Assembly (NCBI RefSeq): GCF_006345805.1
Contig: NC_042998.1
Location: 3,410,001 to 3,474,000, forward strand
DNA length: 64,000 bases
Source: Octopus sinensis
Taxonomy: Eukaryota
Reading direction: 5' to 3'
The translations under genes and the position numbers were made by a program. Position 1 is the first letter of the stretch; the number at the start of each line of letters is the position of its first letter. Positions 52,380 through 64,000 of this stretch are shown here, piece after piece. Under the pieces are notes generated by a model. It had not been told where the DNA came from, did not search any database, and worked only from the letters and a program-made list of their open reading frames with translations.

Positions 52380-52540
52380 AATAATCTGTATTTTTGTTAT
52401 TTTTTACTTGCCCTGTCCGTGTGAGCTAACAGTCGTACTGGCTTTCATGGGAATCATGTATTTTCGTGGTTGAAACCTTTTGGATTAACTGGTGCTAGAG
52501 TGAGCAATATAGTGACCACTCTCTTATATTTATTTTATAT

Positions 52541-52624
<84 letters not shown>

Positions 52625-53179
52625 GATAGATAGATAGATCTGTGTGTGTGTGTCTCGATATACGAGTTCATTTGTTCGCGAAGACCGCTCGAAGAGCGAA
52701 AGCTCGTTCAATAGAGCAATAAATTTTCATAGTAGTAATTCGTTCCCAGAAAAATATTTTACCTACCAATGTTTTTTATACCCGTAAATAAATGGCAATA
52801 AAACAACAGTAGTATGTAAAGAATATTTTATGTAAAGTAAAAAGAAAGTCAAGATCATTTATGATAAAGAATATTATTTTAATCAGTTTCATTCACACTA
52901 GACACGCGCACACCATCACTTGTAGACGCGGTCGCCAATTCACAAGCATTCGTAGACGGATGTGTAGATTTCTTTTTAAAAAACGTGTCTAGAGTTGTTT
53001 GCTAAGAAGAAGCTTTTTTTTCGCTCTCTATAAATTTCTCGGTAACACACAGAAGCATTGGTTATGGTAGTAGAAATTTATGCTCTTCGTTCAAAAATTG
53101 GATCTTGTGCTTGAAAGATAAAACTCGTAAACCCAGGGTTCCGTAAAGCGGTTCTTCGTAAACTGTATGTGTGTGCGTG

Positions 53180-53215
<36 letters not shown>

Positions 53216-53245
53216 TGTATGTATGTATGTATGTATGTATGTATG

Positions 53246-53284
<39 letters not shown>

Positions 53285-53295
53285 ATGTATGTATG

Positions 53296-53329
<34 letters not shown>

Positions 53330-53563
53330 CATGTATATAATGTAATGTAAAAATGAGATTATTTTGAATCGTGGTACTCGAAGTAGATAAAGCTATAAAT
53401 GATTCCGTGTAGATTGAAAGGAAAGAACGTCGAGGGCTGCCAGTGAGAATCGAACCCACTTCTGTGAACATGACAGACATGCTGTCCTTTATATGAAGGT
53501 AACATTTCGAATTTTTATACATCCATGTTAGAAATTTTGTGTGTGTATGTGTGTGTGTTTATG

Positions 53564-53594
<31 letters not shown>

Positions 53595-53654
53595 TGTGTG
53601 TGTGAGTGTGTGTGTGTGTGTGTGTTTATGTGTGTATCATGTGTAAGCGAAGGC

Positions 53655-53925
53655 TCATGGTTTGGTGGTTAAAGTGTTGCATTCACGATTCCGAGGTCGT
53701 CGTTTCCATTCCCAGACCGGGCGTTGCGTTCTGTTCTTGAGCAAAACAATCCATTCAGTCTGCTGAATGTGGCACGTCGTGCGCCTGTACATGTGATATC
53801 GATCTGATGGAGAGAGTGAGCTGATATCGACACAAATTTTTGATCACTATAAACAAATCATCGTCGTTACTGTTAAGCAAGCAATTTCAGAATCCTCATA
53901 CGTCATCTGATGACGGCAGAGTCCA
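53655..53925 (+). mobile_element. CORE-like SINE, diverged
   Basis: ggctcatggtttggtggttaaag..tttccattcccagaccgggcg..ttcttgagcaaaac. Confidence 0.65.
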
Positions 53926-54309
53926 TAAAGTATAATGTTACAATGAAAACCACGAATCTTGTGAAATAGAACTCACCAGGGCTTCCTGGTCGAAATTATA
54001 TTTTGCCATCTATCAAATCTGATAAGGACAAGAGCGTTTGTCATCTGCTTTGAAAGCAGATGACGTTTAAACCGGGAACGCTCAATTGCTTTTAAAGCGG
54101 ATGAATGACGCTTGAACAAGCAACGCTCACAAGGAAGAAACAAAAAGAAAAAAATAAAGAACACACAGGTTACAACGTATGTGCGTCAAAAATACGTTAT
54201 GAAATGGAAATAGTCTAAGATGTGCCCGGTGGTTTATCTTTAAATTCTGCCAATTTAAATTATGCAAATATAAATTTAAATTATGCAAATATTAAAAAAA
54301 TATCTCGTT

Positions 54310-54700
54310 TCTGGAACTTACGCAGTCATTGGAGGCTCTTAAGTTCTTCAAATGATGTAGGTTTTCGAGAGAACATATCTAACATCTTTATGACCCATTA
54401 ATATACAGTTTGGATCAGGAAAATATTTTCTACTTGATTTAGTTAATTCTTTCGTCTTCAAGCTTCCAGACTAGTGCTGAGAGTGTTGTTATATCTCTTC
54501 CCACTGTGTCTAAAGGTCGAAAGGTAGCTATTATATCTGGATTTAAATTTTCTTTTCTCTGATCCAATATAATGCTCGATCTCTGTGCTTCATAAACAAC
54601 GGATATATCGTATTCCTTCCCTTGAAGACAACTGGATTTATTTCTGCATCTGCATTCAGGGAAGGCTTGAGATTATGGGATTGTGCACTTTCCCAAGATA
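54310..54700 (-). pseudogene. Decayed PLE GIY-YIG endonuclease remnant
   Basis: CRCRNKSSC..SVVYEA, EHYIGSEKRKFKSRYNSYLSTFR, TTLSALVWKLEDERIN, RC*ICSLE; several stops and frameshifts. Confidence 0.7.
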
Positions 54701-54899
54701 CTTTGATGGAAAATTGAACTCAGGATCTAGTTCCAAAACGAATATATCAGTCAGCTATATCTACGTTCATAATTAATTACTACACAAGACACAGAAAGCA
54801 TGAGCTGTCAACAACTACAGTTTAATCAAAGCCAAAGCTGGTGCTATCAATCACTTTGTTACCAACTGTGGAAGAATCGTAGGAATGAGGTGATGGCGA

Positions 54900-55250
54900 G
54901 AACAATAAAGAAGTAAATAAAACAGAATTAGTGAGACTGATTGCTGAAGAGTATTGGTTGAACCTAAGAATAAAATCAATAACCAAATTAAAACACAACC
55001 GTCTTGATATTGTTGCTTGGTACCACAAATGTAAAAGGTTTAAATAAGATGTACAATTATTAATGATATATGCCTACTTACTATCAATAAGAGAACACGG
55101 GACAAAAAAGACAGGTGTGGATTATTGAGGCGGAGTATGCAAATTAAGTATTAGCGCGACTAGATTAAAGTATGGCTGAACTTGGATTCTTGGAGACCAA
55201 GAATACATGCGTTACAAATGATCACAGTATCTAGGATAATGAATGTCAAC
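54900..55250 (+). pseudogene. RLE-type (R4/NeSL-like) LINE endonuclease remnant
   Basis: IKSITKLKHNRLDIVAW resembles the IKHNRPDIVV motif of restriction-like endonucleases. Confidence 0.4.
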
Positions 55251-55294
55251 ACTATTTTCTTAAAGGGTTGAATATTTTTTTTAAAATTTTATTT

Positions 55295-55345
55295 TATCTA
55301 GTTTCAGCACATGAGCTGTGGCCATGCTGGGGCACCGCCATTTGC
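55295..55345 (-). mobile_element. CR1/L2-like LINE 3' tail
   Basis: Minus strand: aaatggcggtgccccagcatggccacagctcatgtgctgaaactagataaa. Confidence 0.7.
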
Positions 55346-55439
55346 TTAAATATTTTAAATATTTTCTTCACAAACTTGCCACTAAGCCAGTAGCAAGTAA
55401 AATTAAACTTTAAAAGCTCCACTAAGTAAATTATAAATA

Positions 55440-55492
55440 CATACATACATATATATGTGTGTGTATATATATATATATATGTGGGTGTATAT

Positions 55493-55525
<33 letters not shown>

Positions 55526-55636
55526 GCATATATATATGCATATATATATATATATGCATATATTATATATATATGCATATATATATATATGCATATATAT
55601 ATATATATGCATCATATATATATATGCATATATATA

Positions 55637-55674
<38 letters not shown>

Positions 55675-55990
55675 TCATATATATATATGCATATATATGC
55701 ATATATATATATGCATCATATATATATGCATATATATATGCATTATATATATATATATATATATGCATATATATATATGCATATATATATGCATTATATA
55801 TATATATGCATCATATATATATATATGCATATATATGCATATATATTATATATGCATATATATATATATGCATATATATATGCATATATATATATATATT
55901 ATATATATTATATATATATATAATATATATATATATATGCATATATATATATGCATATATATATGCATATTATATATATATATATATGCA
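55440..55990. repeat. (TA)n array with recurrent GCAT interruptions
   Basis: Direct inspection. Confidence 0.95.
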
Positions 55991-57461
55991 TAAAATGCTT
56001 ACGTTACATCCATAAAAAACACATGCGCTATCAACACTACGGTCGTGTAGGCCAAACTGAATGTTGAAAATAATTGTTTTACTTTTTCTTTAGAATTTTA
56101 TCTACTTAAATAAGTCAAGAGTCGTACCAGGTGCTTTTTTGTATTATATAAGAGAAACACATTTTTACTTAATAACTTAGCGTTATTGTGTCTGGGTTAC
56201 AAAAACCTATTTTTTCCCCACATGGAATTTTGTTTTGATCGTCATGACAGATACCACCAACGACTTAGGTGCAGCCATACGGAGGATAATGTACGGCTTG
56301 ATTATATTATTTGTTTGTTTTCCCATTTATAATCTACACCGGTATTATGAAAAAAAAAACTGATAAAATCTTTTTATCGGTTATAGAAAAAGGTTAAAAA
56401 AATCACTTAGATGAAATCCATCCAAATTTAAATCATTGCGAAACAGCTTCGCCAACAAAAATATTTCGTTGCGAGAATGATGGCTGTCACAGATAAAGAC
56501 TGTTTTTCCAACTCGTGCAATATCAGATGATTTTCAAAAGCTGCCATAGAAGAAGGTGATAAAAATGTAAACAAGCTAGCAACACTATCTTTCCCATCCT
56601 CGCCATAACCATCACTCAGCGCTGGTATCACCTAATATAACTAAACCAATAGCGTTGACTGGAATATATGTACAACTTTAATACAATTTAAAACTGTAGT
56701 ATATAGAATGTTTCCAATTTCTATAAACTGTATTTAGATGGTAGAACATTTCTGATGAGAGTTGGTAAAAAACCCTAATCTCACTCATGTTAAAGGTTAT
56801 CGACGATATCGCTAGAGCCTAAATGGAAGTATGTGATAACAAGTATTGTACAATCAATGCCTGTCTCTACGAAGCTCTTGTTATACTGAAACATAATACT
56901 GGAGATTAAATGTCTAAATGTCTGAGATTATAATGAGATTATAATTTTTTGGGGTTTATTAACGTTATCTTTAGAGATGTAGCAATTTTCTAATGTTTAC
57001 ATATATGCACTCCGTTTTTTAACCACTATGCCACTGACGTCTGTGCAGGCGTCGTGGCACAGTGGATAAGAGCGTTGCTATTATTTTAGAAAGAAACTGA
57101 GTTCGTATCCTGCCCGATATTATCCAGACGTCTAGGAAACAAGTTGTTTCATGACAATCGAAGAGCAAACAGGTCGAAACGCTGTGTAGATGTAAACATT
57201 AAAATACGTATTATTTCTAAAGATAAGAATAGCTCAAAAATTTATTTATATCCGCCGTTCTCCTGGTAATGAAATGAACCAACGTCAGTCACTGCCCAGC
57301 TAAGTAGAAAACCAAGAGGAAAATGTCAACGGCCTGCTTTATTTAAAAACACACACAAGGTGAAGAATAGGTCCGCACCAACTATACACTATGAAGTTAC
57401 TGATAAAGCATTTCGTTAAATCCAGATTTCAAGCACTTTCTGAAAAAAAAGTAGCAAAGCC

Positions 57462-57536
<75 letters not shown>

Positions 57537-58038
57537 AAGAGAGCTACTATGTGAGAGAAATTTCATCACCGAAAATGATTACATCATCAACCATTAGTAA
57601 GCACAAATCTGCCCCAGGGCCATAATCTGTATATTCGAAGATAAAAGCTAACAACAAATCGCTTTAAAGTATCCATCTTAAAATGGTTCTGATTCATCTG
57701 GTTTAAGATCTGGAAAAACTATCTCGAGTTCGTTGCCACGAACGCATCCGCACCCGTAAGTGTGTGTCTGAACTCATACACAAACATATGCTTGCGTATG
57801 TGTGTACAGGATGCATATGTGTATATGTGCACATGTTGTGTATCATTATGCGTACACACATGTAAGTATTTACGCAATTTAATAAAGTTTTATTTCATAT
57901 ATTCGTTGATCTATTTAACATTCATAGATTCACACACATGCACACGCATATAAACATATAAAGCATACGAATGCACATACACATATTTGCATTTAAATAT
58001 ACAAACGTATTAATATACATACATGCGCTCATACAAAC

Positions 58039-58083
<45 letters not shown>

Positions 58084-58149
58084 AATGTATATAAGTAGAA
58101 ATGCATACACATGTGAGCGCACACACACACACACTAATATGTTCTTTTA

Positions 58150-58545
58150 TTCTTTTATTTGTTTCAGTCATTTGACTGTGGCCAAGCTGAAGCATTGCCT
58201 TGAAGGGTTTTAGTCGAAAGAATCGACCCCAAAACTTATTTCTTTACGCAATCGGTTACTTTTGCCGATCCGCTAAGTTACGGAGACGCAAACGCACCAA
58301 CACCGGTTCTCAAGTGGTGATGGTGAGAAAACACCGACACAAAGACACACACACATAGATATATACATATATACTTACATATATATATACGACGGGATTC
58401 TCTCAGTTTCCGTCCACCGAATCCACTTACAAGGCTTTTGTTCACCTGGGGTTATAATAGAAGACGTGCCCAAGGTGCCACGCAGTGTGACTGAACTCGA
58501 AACCATGTGGTTGGAGAGTAAGCTTATCACGCAGCAACGCCTCCG

Positions 58546-58548
<3 letters not shown>
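58150..58548 (-). mobile_element. SINE family B
   Basis: Match to the family B consensus. Confidence 0.85.
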
Positions 58549-58590
<42 letters not shown>

Positions 58591-58592
58591 AT

Positions 58593-58666
<74 letters not shown>

Positions 58667-58667
<1 letters not shown>

Positions 58668-58905
58668 ACGGGAAGCTTTATGAAAATAAACAAAAGACGA
58701 AGGCAGGTGGAGTACAAACAAACAATTGTATTAGTATGGCGCTCAGGAATAGAAATAAAACAAGTCTTTTACGTTTCGAGCCTACGCTCTTCAACAGAAA
58801 GATACACACAAAAGAAACACGGAGAGAAACAAGGAGAGAAAAAAAATGCGTGCAGAAGCTAGCGATTCAACATGACAGAGAAAGAGTGCGAGAGAGAAGG
58901 CGATG
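58667..58905 (-). mobile_element. ~240-bp non-coding mini-element with minimal HHR-like motif (58765-58802)
   Basis: Homologous to 60623-60865; motif UCUUU-CUGUUGA-A-GAGC(guag)GCUC-GAAAC-GUA-AAAGA; 3' end abuts (TA)n. Confidence 0.7.
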
Positions 58906-59039
58906 AGCTAGCAGAATGTTTAAATGTTTAAACGGCATTTCTTATTTCTTCTCTCTCTCTACGTTCTGAATTCAAATTCCACTGAGATCGACTTTGCCTT
59001 TAACCCTTTCGCAGTCGAGTCTATCATATGAAGTACCAT

Positions 59040-59300
59040 TCGATACCCGGACCGGGATGCACGTTGTGTTCTTGTGCAAGACACTTTATTTTCACATTGC
59101 TCCAGTTCACTCAGCTGTAGAAATGAGTTGCAACATCACTGGTGCCAAGCTGTATCGGCCTTTGCCTTTCCCTTGGATAACATCGGTGGCGTGGAGAAGG
59201 GAGACTGCTATGCACAGGTGACTGTTGGCTTTCCACAAACAACCTTGCCCGGACTTGTGCCTCGGGGAGGTGGGATAACTTTCTAGGTGCAATCCCATGG
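59040..59300 (+). mobile_element. CORE-like SINE (same variant as 48071), 5' truncated
   Basis: ttcttgtgcaagacactttattttcac..ggtgcaatcccatgg. Confidence 0.8.
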
Positions 59301-59392
59301 TCTCCAGTTATATTTACTGACAGTTATAGTTTTCCGTTTTGGTAAAACATAGCTCACTGCTGTGTATATTAATTATATATGTACACATATAT

Positions 59393-59425
<33 letters not shown>

Positions 59426-59429
59426 ACCG

Positions 59430-59625
59430 CGTGTGTATCGTTGGCGATTTTCTTTCTCCGTGTTCCCTTGGACCTTTCCTTTTTCTATATTTCTGACGAA
59501 GAGCTCCGTTCGAAACGTTAAATCCTCCTTCTTTCTTTCGTTTCCTTTCCCGAGCGTCCAATAACACTATACTTGTTCCACGTCATCGCGCTGTTGTGTT
59601 TTCTCTTTGTGTTTTCATGTTTGGA
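59430..59625 (+). mobile_element. ~200-bp mini-element with minimal HHR (59489-59523)
   Basis: AUUU-CUGACGA-A-GAGC(ucc)GUUC-GAAAC-GUU-AAAU; 3' end abuts (TA)n. Confidence 0.6.
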
Positions 59626-59630
59626 TTAAC

Positions 59631-59702
<72 letters not shown>

Positions 59703-59727
59703 ATATATATATATATATATTATATAT

Positions 59728-59760
<33 letters not shown>

Positions 59761-60324
59761 GTATATACCTACATACATTTTCCGTGTGCGCATAAGTTCA
59801 AGGCGAGAAAGTCTTTGTAATGCAGTTTATTCGTTACAGATTCTTTATTAAGAAATCATAAAAGAAATAAACAAAGACACATTGAAAGAAAATCGAACTC
59901 TCTCTCTCTCTCTCACTCACTCTCTCTCTCTCTCTGTCTCTCTCTTTCTCACACCCAACAGAAGGGGGGGGGGAATAATGTACGATTTCGGTCAAAGACA
60001 ACGGCGTTGATTGATAAACGGAAAGAAAATATTTCAAATATTTACATTTCCTGCGGGGATGTTATTAATTAACAACAATAGCAATTAGTCATATTAATTA
60101 TGCTAGTCTTACCGTCTGTTAATGTATTTCCCTTACCAACCAAATGTTTTCATTTAAAGTTCAGATTGCAAACATCGTCACCATCCTCCTCTTCTCTTTC
60201 ACTATCATCATCATCATCATCTTGCTTCGCAGCGCTTCTTGCGTATTCTTTATATTCTGAGTTCAAATCTCACAGAGGTCAGCTTTACTTTTTGTCCTTT
60301 TGTGGTTCATAAAATAAGTACTTT

Positions 60325-60541
60325 TTTACTTGTTTCAGTCATTTGACTGTGGCTATGCTGGAGCACCGCCTTTAGTCGAGCAAATCGACCCCAGGACTTA
60401 TTCTTTATAAGCCTTAGTACTTATTCTATCGGTCTCTTTTGCCGAACCGCTTGGTTACGGGGACGTAAACACTCCAGCATCGGTTGTCAAACAATGTTGG
60501 GGGGACAAACACAGACACACAAACACATACACGCACATACA

Positions 60542-60624
<83 letters not shown>

Positions 60625-61305
60625 CGGGAAGCTTTATGAAAATAGACAAAAGACGAAGGCAGGTTTACGGATATAAACAAAAGACGAAGGCAGGTGGAAT
60701 ACAAACAAACAATTGTATTAGTATGGCGCTCAGGAAATATAAATAAAACAAGTCTTTAACGTTTCGAGCCTACGCTCTTCAACAGAAAGATACACAGAGA
60801 AAAAACACAGAAAGAAGGAGAGAAAAAAATATGCGTGCAGAGGCTAGCGAATCAACATGGCGATCTGATTTCGGCCAGAAGTCAAAGATCAAACGTGAGA
60901 CGCAAGAGCGAAATTAGGGGAGATAATAGGGTTAAATGACCTCGCTCCAACATAGGAGTGTGTGTATGAGAAGAGTGTGTGTGTGTGTATGAGAGAGTAT
61001 TAGTGCGTATGAGAGGTCTGGACGTGTGTATGTATATATGATGTGATGTGTAAAGTCGTATGGTGTAGTGTAGAGAGAGGAGATGAGGGAAGAGGGGGGA
61101 GGTAAGGGGGGAGGGGGAGGGAGGAGAAAGAAAGGGAGAAGAGGGGACAGGCTTCATCAGTTTCCGTCTACCAAATCCACTCACAAGGCTTTGGTCGACC
61201 CGAGGCTATAGTAAAAGACACTTTCCCAAGGTGCCACGCAGTGAGACTGAACCCGGAACCATGTGGTTCGTAAGCAAGCTACTTACCACACAGCCACTCC
61301 TACGC
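60325..61305 (-). mobile_element. SINE family B split by insertions in its internal microsatellite
   Basis: Tail half at 60325-60540 and head half at 61150-61305, separated by (TA)n, the HHR mini-element and a purine-rich tract. Confidence 0.8.
60623..60865 (-). mobile_element. HHR mini-element, second copy (motif 60753-60790)
   Basis: Homologous to 58667-58905; GUU triplet; internal duplication of aaacaaaagacgaaggcagg-like segment. Confidence 0.72.
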
Positions 61306-61462
61306 CTTGAGTCAATTTATTCAATTTACTCCTCCCCACAAATTTTTAAGAAATGTGACAAGACATTGGAAAAATTACTATATACGATATTCCTGGTAGA
61401 ATTTATTTAGGTGGCGGGTTACTACCTGTAGCGTTAGGTATCCACAAGTTTTCAATAATTTT

Positions 61463-61600
61463 TCAAGTGCTTAAAATCTTCATTATAACCTGTCAGGTCC
61501 CTAAGTGGCAAACTCTTTGAAGAAGTTCTGCAGGACATTCTATTCTAATCTCCCTCAACCGTTTATCTATATCTTTTTTGGCGGATGTGTAGCCTTGGGT
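61463..61600 (-). pseudogene. R4/Dong/Rex6-like LINE extreme C-terminus
   Basis: GYTSAKKDIDKRLREIRIECPAELLQRVCHLGT*QVIMKILST* resembles the ELLQK..LLGTARIIRKVL ending of RLE LINEs. Confidence 0.5.
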
Positions 61601-62234
61601 CAATCGAAGACCAAGTTTGGGTACCTGGAGGTTCCGAAGATGCATTTGTTATGGGTGCGGAGAGAAACAAATTGAGATTGAAGGCGCAAGACAGAAAGCT
61701 CAACTGCAGTACCAGTTGTAGCAAGGGCCGTTGAATCTTCTCTGCCTTTATAGCTCCTCTTTTATGAAGAGCAGTAAAGGCAGAGAAGAAAGGAGAGCGA
61801 TAGATCGTAAAAAAATTAGCAAAAATAAAATGTCTGCTGGCTTCAGAGTACCAGTAAGGAACATCGGTTGTAAATCCGAGGTAAGTAAAATAAATAGCCC
61901 CATACTTAGTATCAGAAGTATATGGTTAGGAAGATAATGATCAGGAAACAGATGACAGGAAGATCGAGAGCTCTGTTACTAATATAAGCATAGTATTATC
62001 TTATGGCAATTAGAAGTTTAACAAAATGTCAAGAGCAGTGGAAAGTTAACAAATAGGAAAATGACTCCTAAAACGAAAAGTGATGTCCAACGAAAGACGG
62101 GAACACACACAAAGAAGCCATTGTTTCTTTGAAGATATATTAAGGTCACAGTTGCGTGGCTTCATCAAAGAAAAGACAATTCTTCTTCCTGAAAAATTTC
62201 AATGAAAGATCTATTATTTTCACTGCATATTTCT

Positions 62235-62649
62235 TATTTCTTTACTGTCCACAAGGGGCTAAACATAGAGGAGACAAATAAGGACAGACAAACGGATTAA
62301 GTCGATTATATCGACCCCAGTGCGTAACTGGTACTTATTTAATCGACCGCGAAAGGATGAAAGGCAAAGTTGACCTCGGCAGAATTTGAACTCAGAACGT
62401 AACGGCAGACGAAATACCTATTTCTTTACTACCCACAAGGGGCTAAACACAGAGAAGACAAACAAGGACAGACAAACGGATTAAGTCGATTACATCGACC
62501 CCAGTGAGTAACTGGTACTTATTTAATCGACCCCGAAAGGATGAAAGGCAAAGTCGACCTCGGCGGAATTTGAACTCAGGACGTAGCGGCAGACGAAATA
62601 CGGCTACGCATTTCGCCCGACGTGCTAACATTTTTACCAGCTCGCCACA
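62235..62649 (-). mobile_element. SINE family A dimer
   Basis: Same dimer junction; TSD tttcactgcatatttct at 62218-62234 and 62650-62666. Confidence 0.9.
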
Positions 62650-63388
62650 TTTCACTGCATATTTCTGTCACGCTATAGTATAACCTCACTGGATACTGGC
62701 TGAGACTGATCCCACCAAGCTCATTCCTCACTTCATCCCATATCTAATTAACTTTCATTGATTTAAACCTTGATTTAAACATTGATAACGATCAATCATC
62801 ACAGATAATGATCTCTATGGATGCAATTTGTATTAATTACTAGACTGTTAGCTTTCACTATGCTACTTTTAGTACGTTATTTGTGTCACACGATCGCTGC
62901 AAAACATGATTTAATTCTGTGGAATAAGCTCATTGCACGAACTTATTTTACAAAATTATCAAGAGTTTCAGTTATGCGATGCAGTCAATTTCCAACTAAG
63001 TTCTGGTGTATTTTATCTTTACTATTAAGATTCTTCTTCCTCAGAAAATATATACCGTGCCGCCCCTTCTCAGTTCATCACTATTTTACAATATTTTATT
63101 ATCTATTTTATTTCTCTTCTCTTTCTCAAACTATTTCTCTTTATGTATCAATTACTTTCTGCATGTCCCCCTGTCTTTCGTTGCGGTGAACGTTTATATA
63201 CATAAGTTGATAATCTGACGCTTTAGGTCAAGGCTGGTTCAATGTTTATTCTGTATGTGTCGGAAAGTCAGGGACAGCTTAAAAAGAAAGCAGCATATTT
63301 CCCACAAAATTTCTAAAATATAAATGATCGTATTTATGATCGTGAGAATGGTGTGATGGACAAACAGATTTTCTTAGTTTATCAACAA

Positions 63389-63779
63389 CTAGCAGTACCA
63401 CCCGGTGTTGCTCGGGTTTGTTTTGACCCTTTAGCATTGGAATTTTTGGAAAGTAAAACATTTGCATTATGTAGTTTGTTATTCTCTTTAAGTGAACATT
63501 TTTCTGGTTGAAATACACCGAAAAATGGCGACACAGCAGTCAAAAAATCGTAAAAAATAGGGGTTTTCATAGAAAAAAAGCACCTTTGTGATGTAAATAA
63601 TTTTTGGTGTTAACATGATACGATTTGAATTTTTTTCTTCTAAGAAAGGAAAAGCAATCCTTCTTCTATCATACTTTCAATTTTGGTCAACTTGCGCCGC
63701 AGAGTCTCGGAGGAGATAGTGTTAGTTGAAGGCTACCAAACCTGCCATACACAGACAACTTCAGCTTTATATATAGAGA
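63389..63779 (-). mobile_element. Non-autonomous Helitron-like element
   Basis: Inverted homolog of 18960-19339; TC start, hairpin + CTAG end, A|T insertion site. Confidence 0.85.
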
Positions 63780-64000
63780 TTTACTGCGAATGAGATGATT
63801 TTGAAATGGATTCTTTACATTTCACTTCACTTCAATTGCATACAGAAACTTTGCAGTTTCTGAATGTGATTTAGTAGAATATGTTTTTAGAACCTTTTAC
63901 AAGGAGATCGACTAAGACATACTGTGATTTATGATTTGCCCAGAATCTCGAGCATTTTATATCTATCGTCCAGGGTTTTAATTATAATATCCCTTTGATA

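Larger units (their letters stand above)
51064..52536. repeat. Tandem + inverted array of a 534/535-bp HHR-containing unit (retrozyme/PLE pseudo-LTR-like)
   Basis: One full unit 51064-51598 and a partial unit 51599-51677, then the inverted orientation 51678-52536 (~1.6 units); near-identical copies; (TA)n on both sides. Confidence 0.92.

Noticed and set aside
51064-52536. CRISPR-like or simple satellite reading of the repeats
   Set aside because: Units are 534 bp with no unique spacers, and no cas genes are present in this eukaryotic context. No CRISPR array is seen anywhere in the window.
52670-52710. GAGC-GAAA-GCTC hairpin resembling the mini-element helix II
   Set aside because: Neither core strand is canonical.
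52883-53500. TCAGTT initiator-like site and AAG|GTAACA donor as a promoter/exon
   Set aside because: These short motifs are expected by chance and no supporting ORF is present.
54030-54080. Perfect hairpin gtcatctgcttt/aaagcagatgac downstream of the GIY-YIG remnant as HHR helix II
   Set aside because: The flanking catalytic core residues (CUGANGA, GAAA) are not intact.
54250-54295. Two ATGCAAAT octamer motifs
   Set aside because: They arise from a 20-bp local duplication in AT-rich DNA; there is no functional evidence.

Overview
AT-rich, microsatellite-dense animal genomic DNA. The repeat families look like those of octopus (inference from recalled SINE families; not checked by search). No host protein-coding exon is confidently recognised, and most ORFs in the supplied track are (TA)n/(CA)n artefacts. 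The window is a mosaic of mobile DNA: tRNA-derived SINEs, CR1/L2-like, RTE, Tx1/L1-like and RLE-type LINE fragments, a decayed Ty3/Gypsy element, a full-length but dead mariner, three non-autonomous Helitron-like elements, and hairpin MITEs. The dominant unannotated signal is a set of hammerhead ribozyme (HHR) motifs, about ten of them, folded by eye. They occur in: (i) a ~534-bp non-coding tandem/inverted array at 51.1-52.5 kb with three intact HHRs, two of them in tandem on one strand, i.e. a retrozyme-like circRNA-generating unit; (ii) a Penelope-like element with a GIY-YIG ORF but no visible RT between ~350-bp inverted HHR-bearing repeats; (iii) a Penelope 3' end combining a tRNA-like head with an HHR; and (iv) ~200-250-bp mini-elements with minimal HHRs abutting (TA)n tracts.
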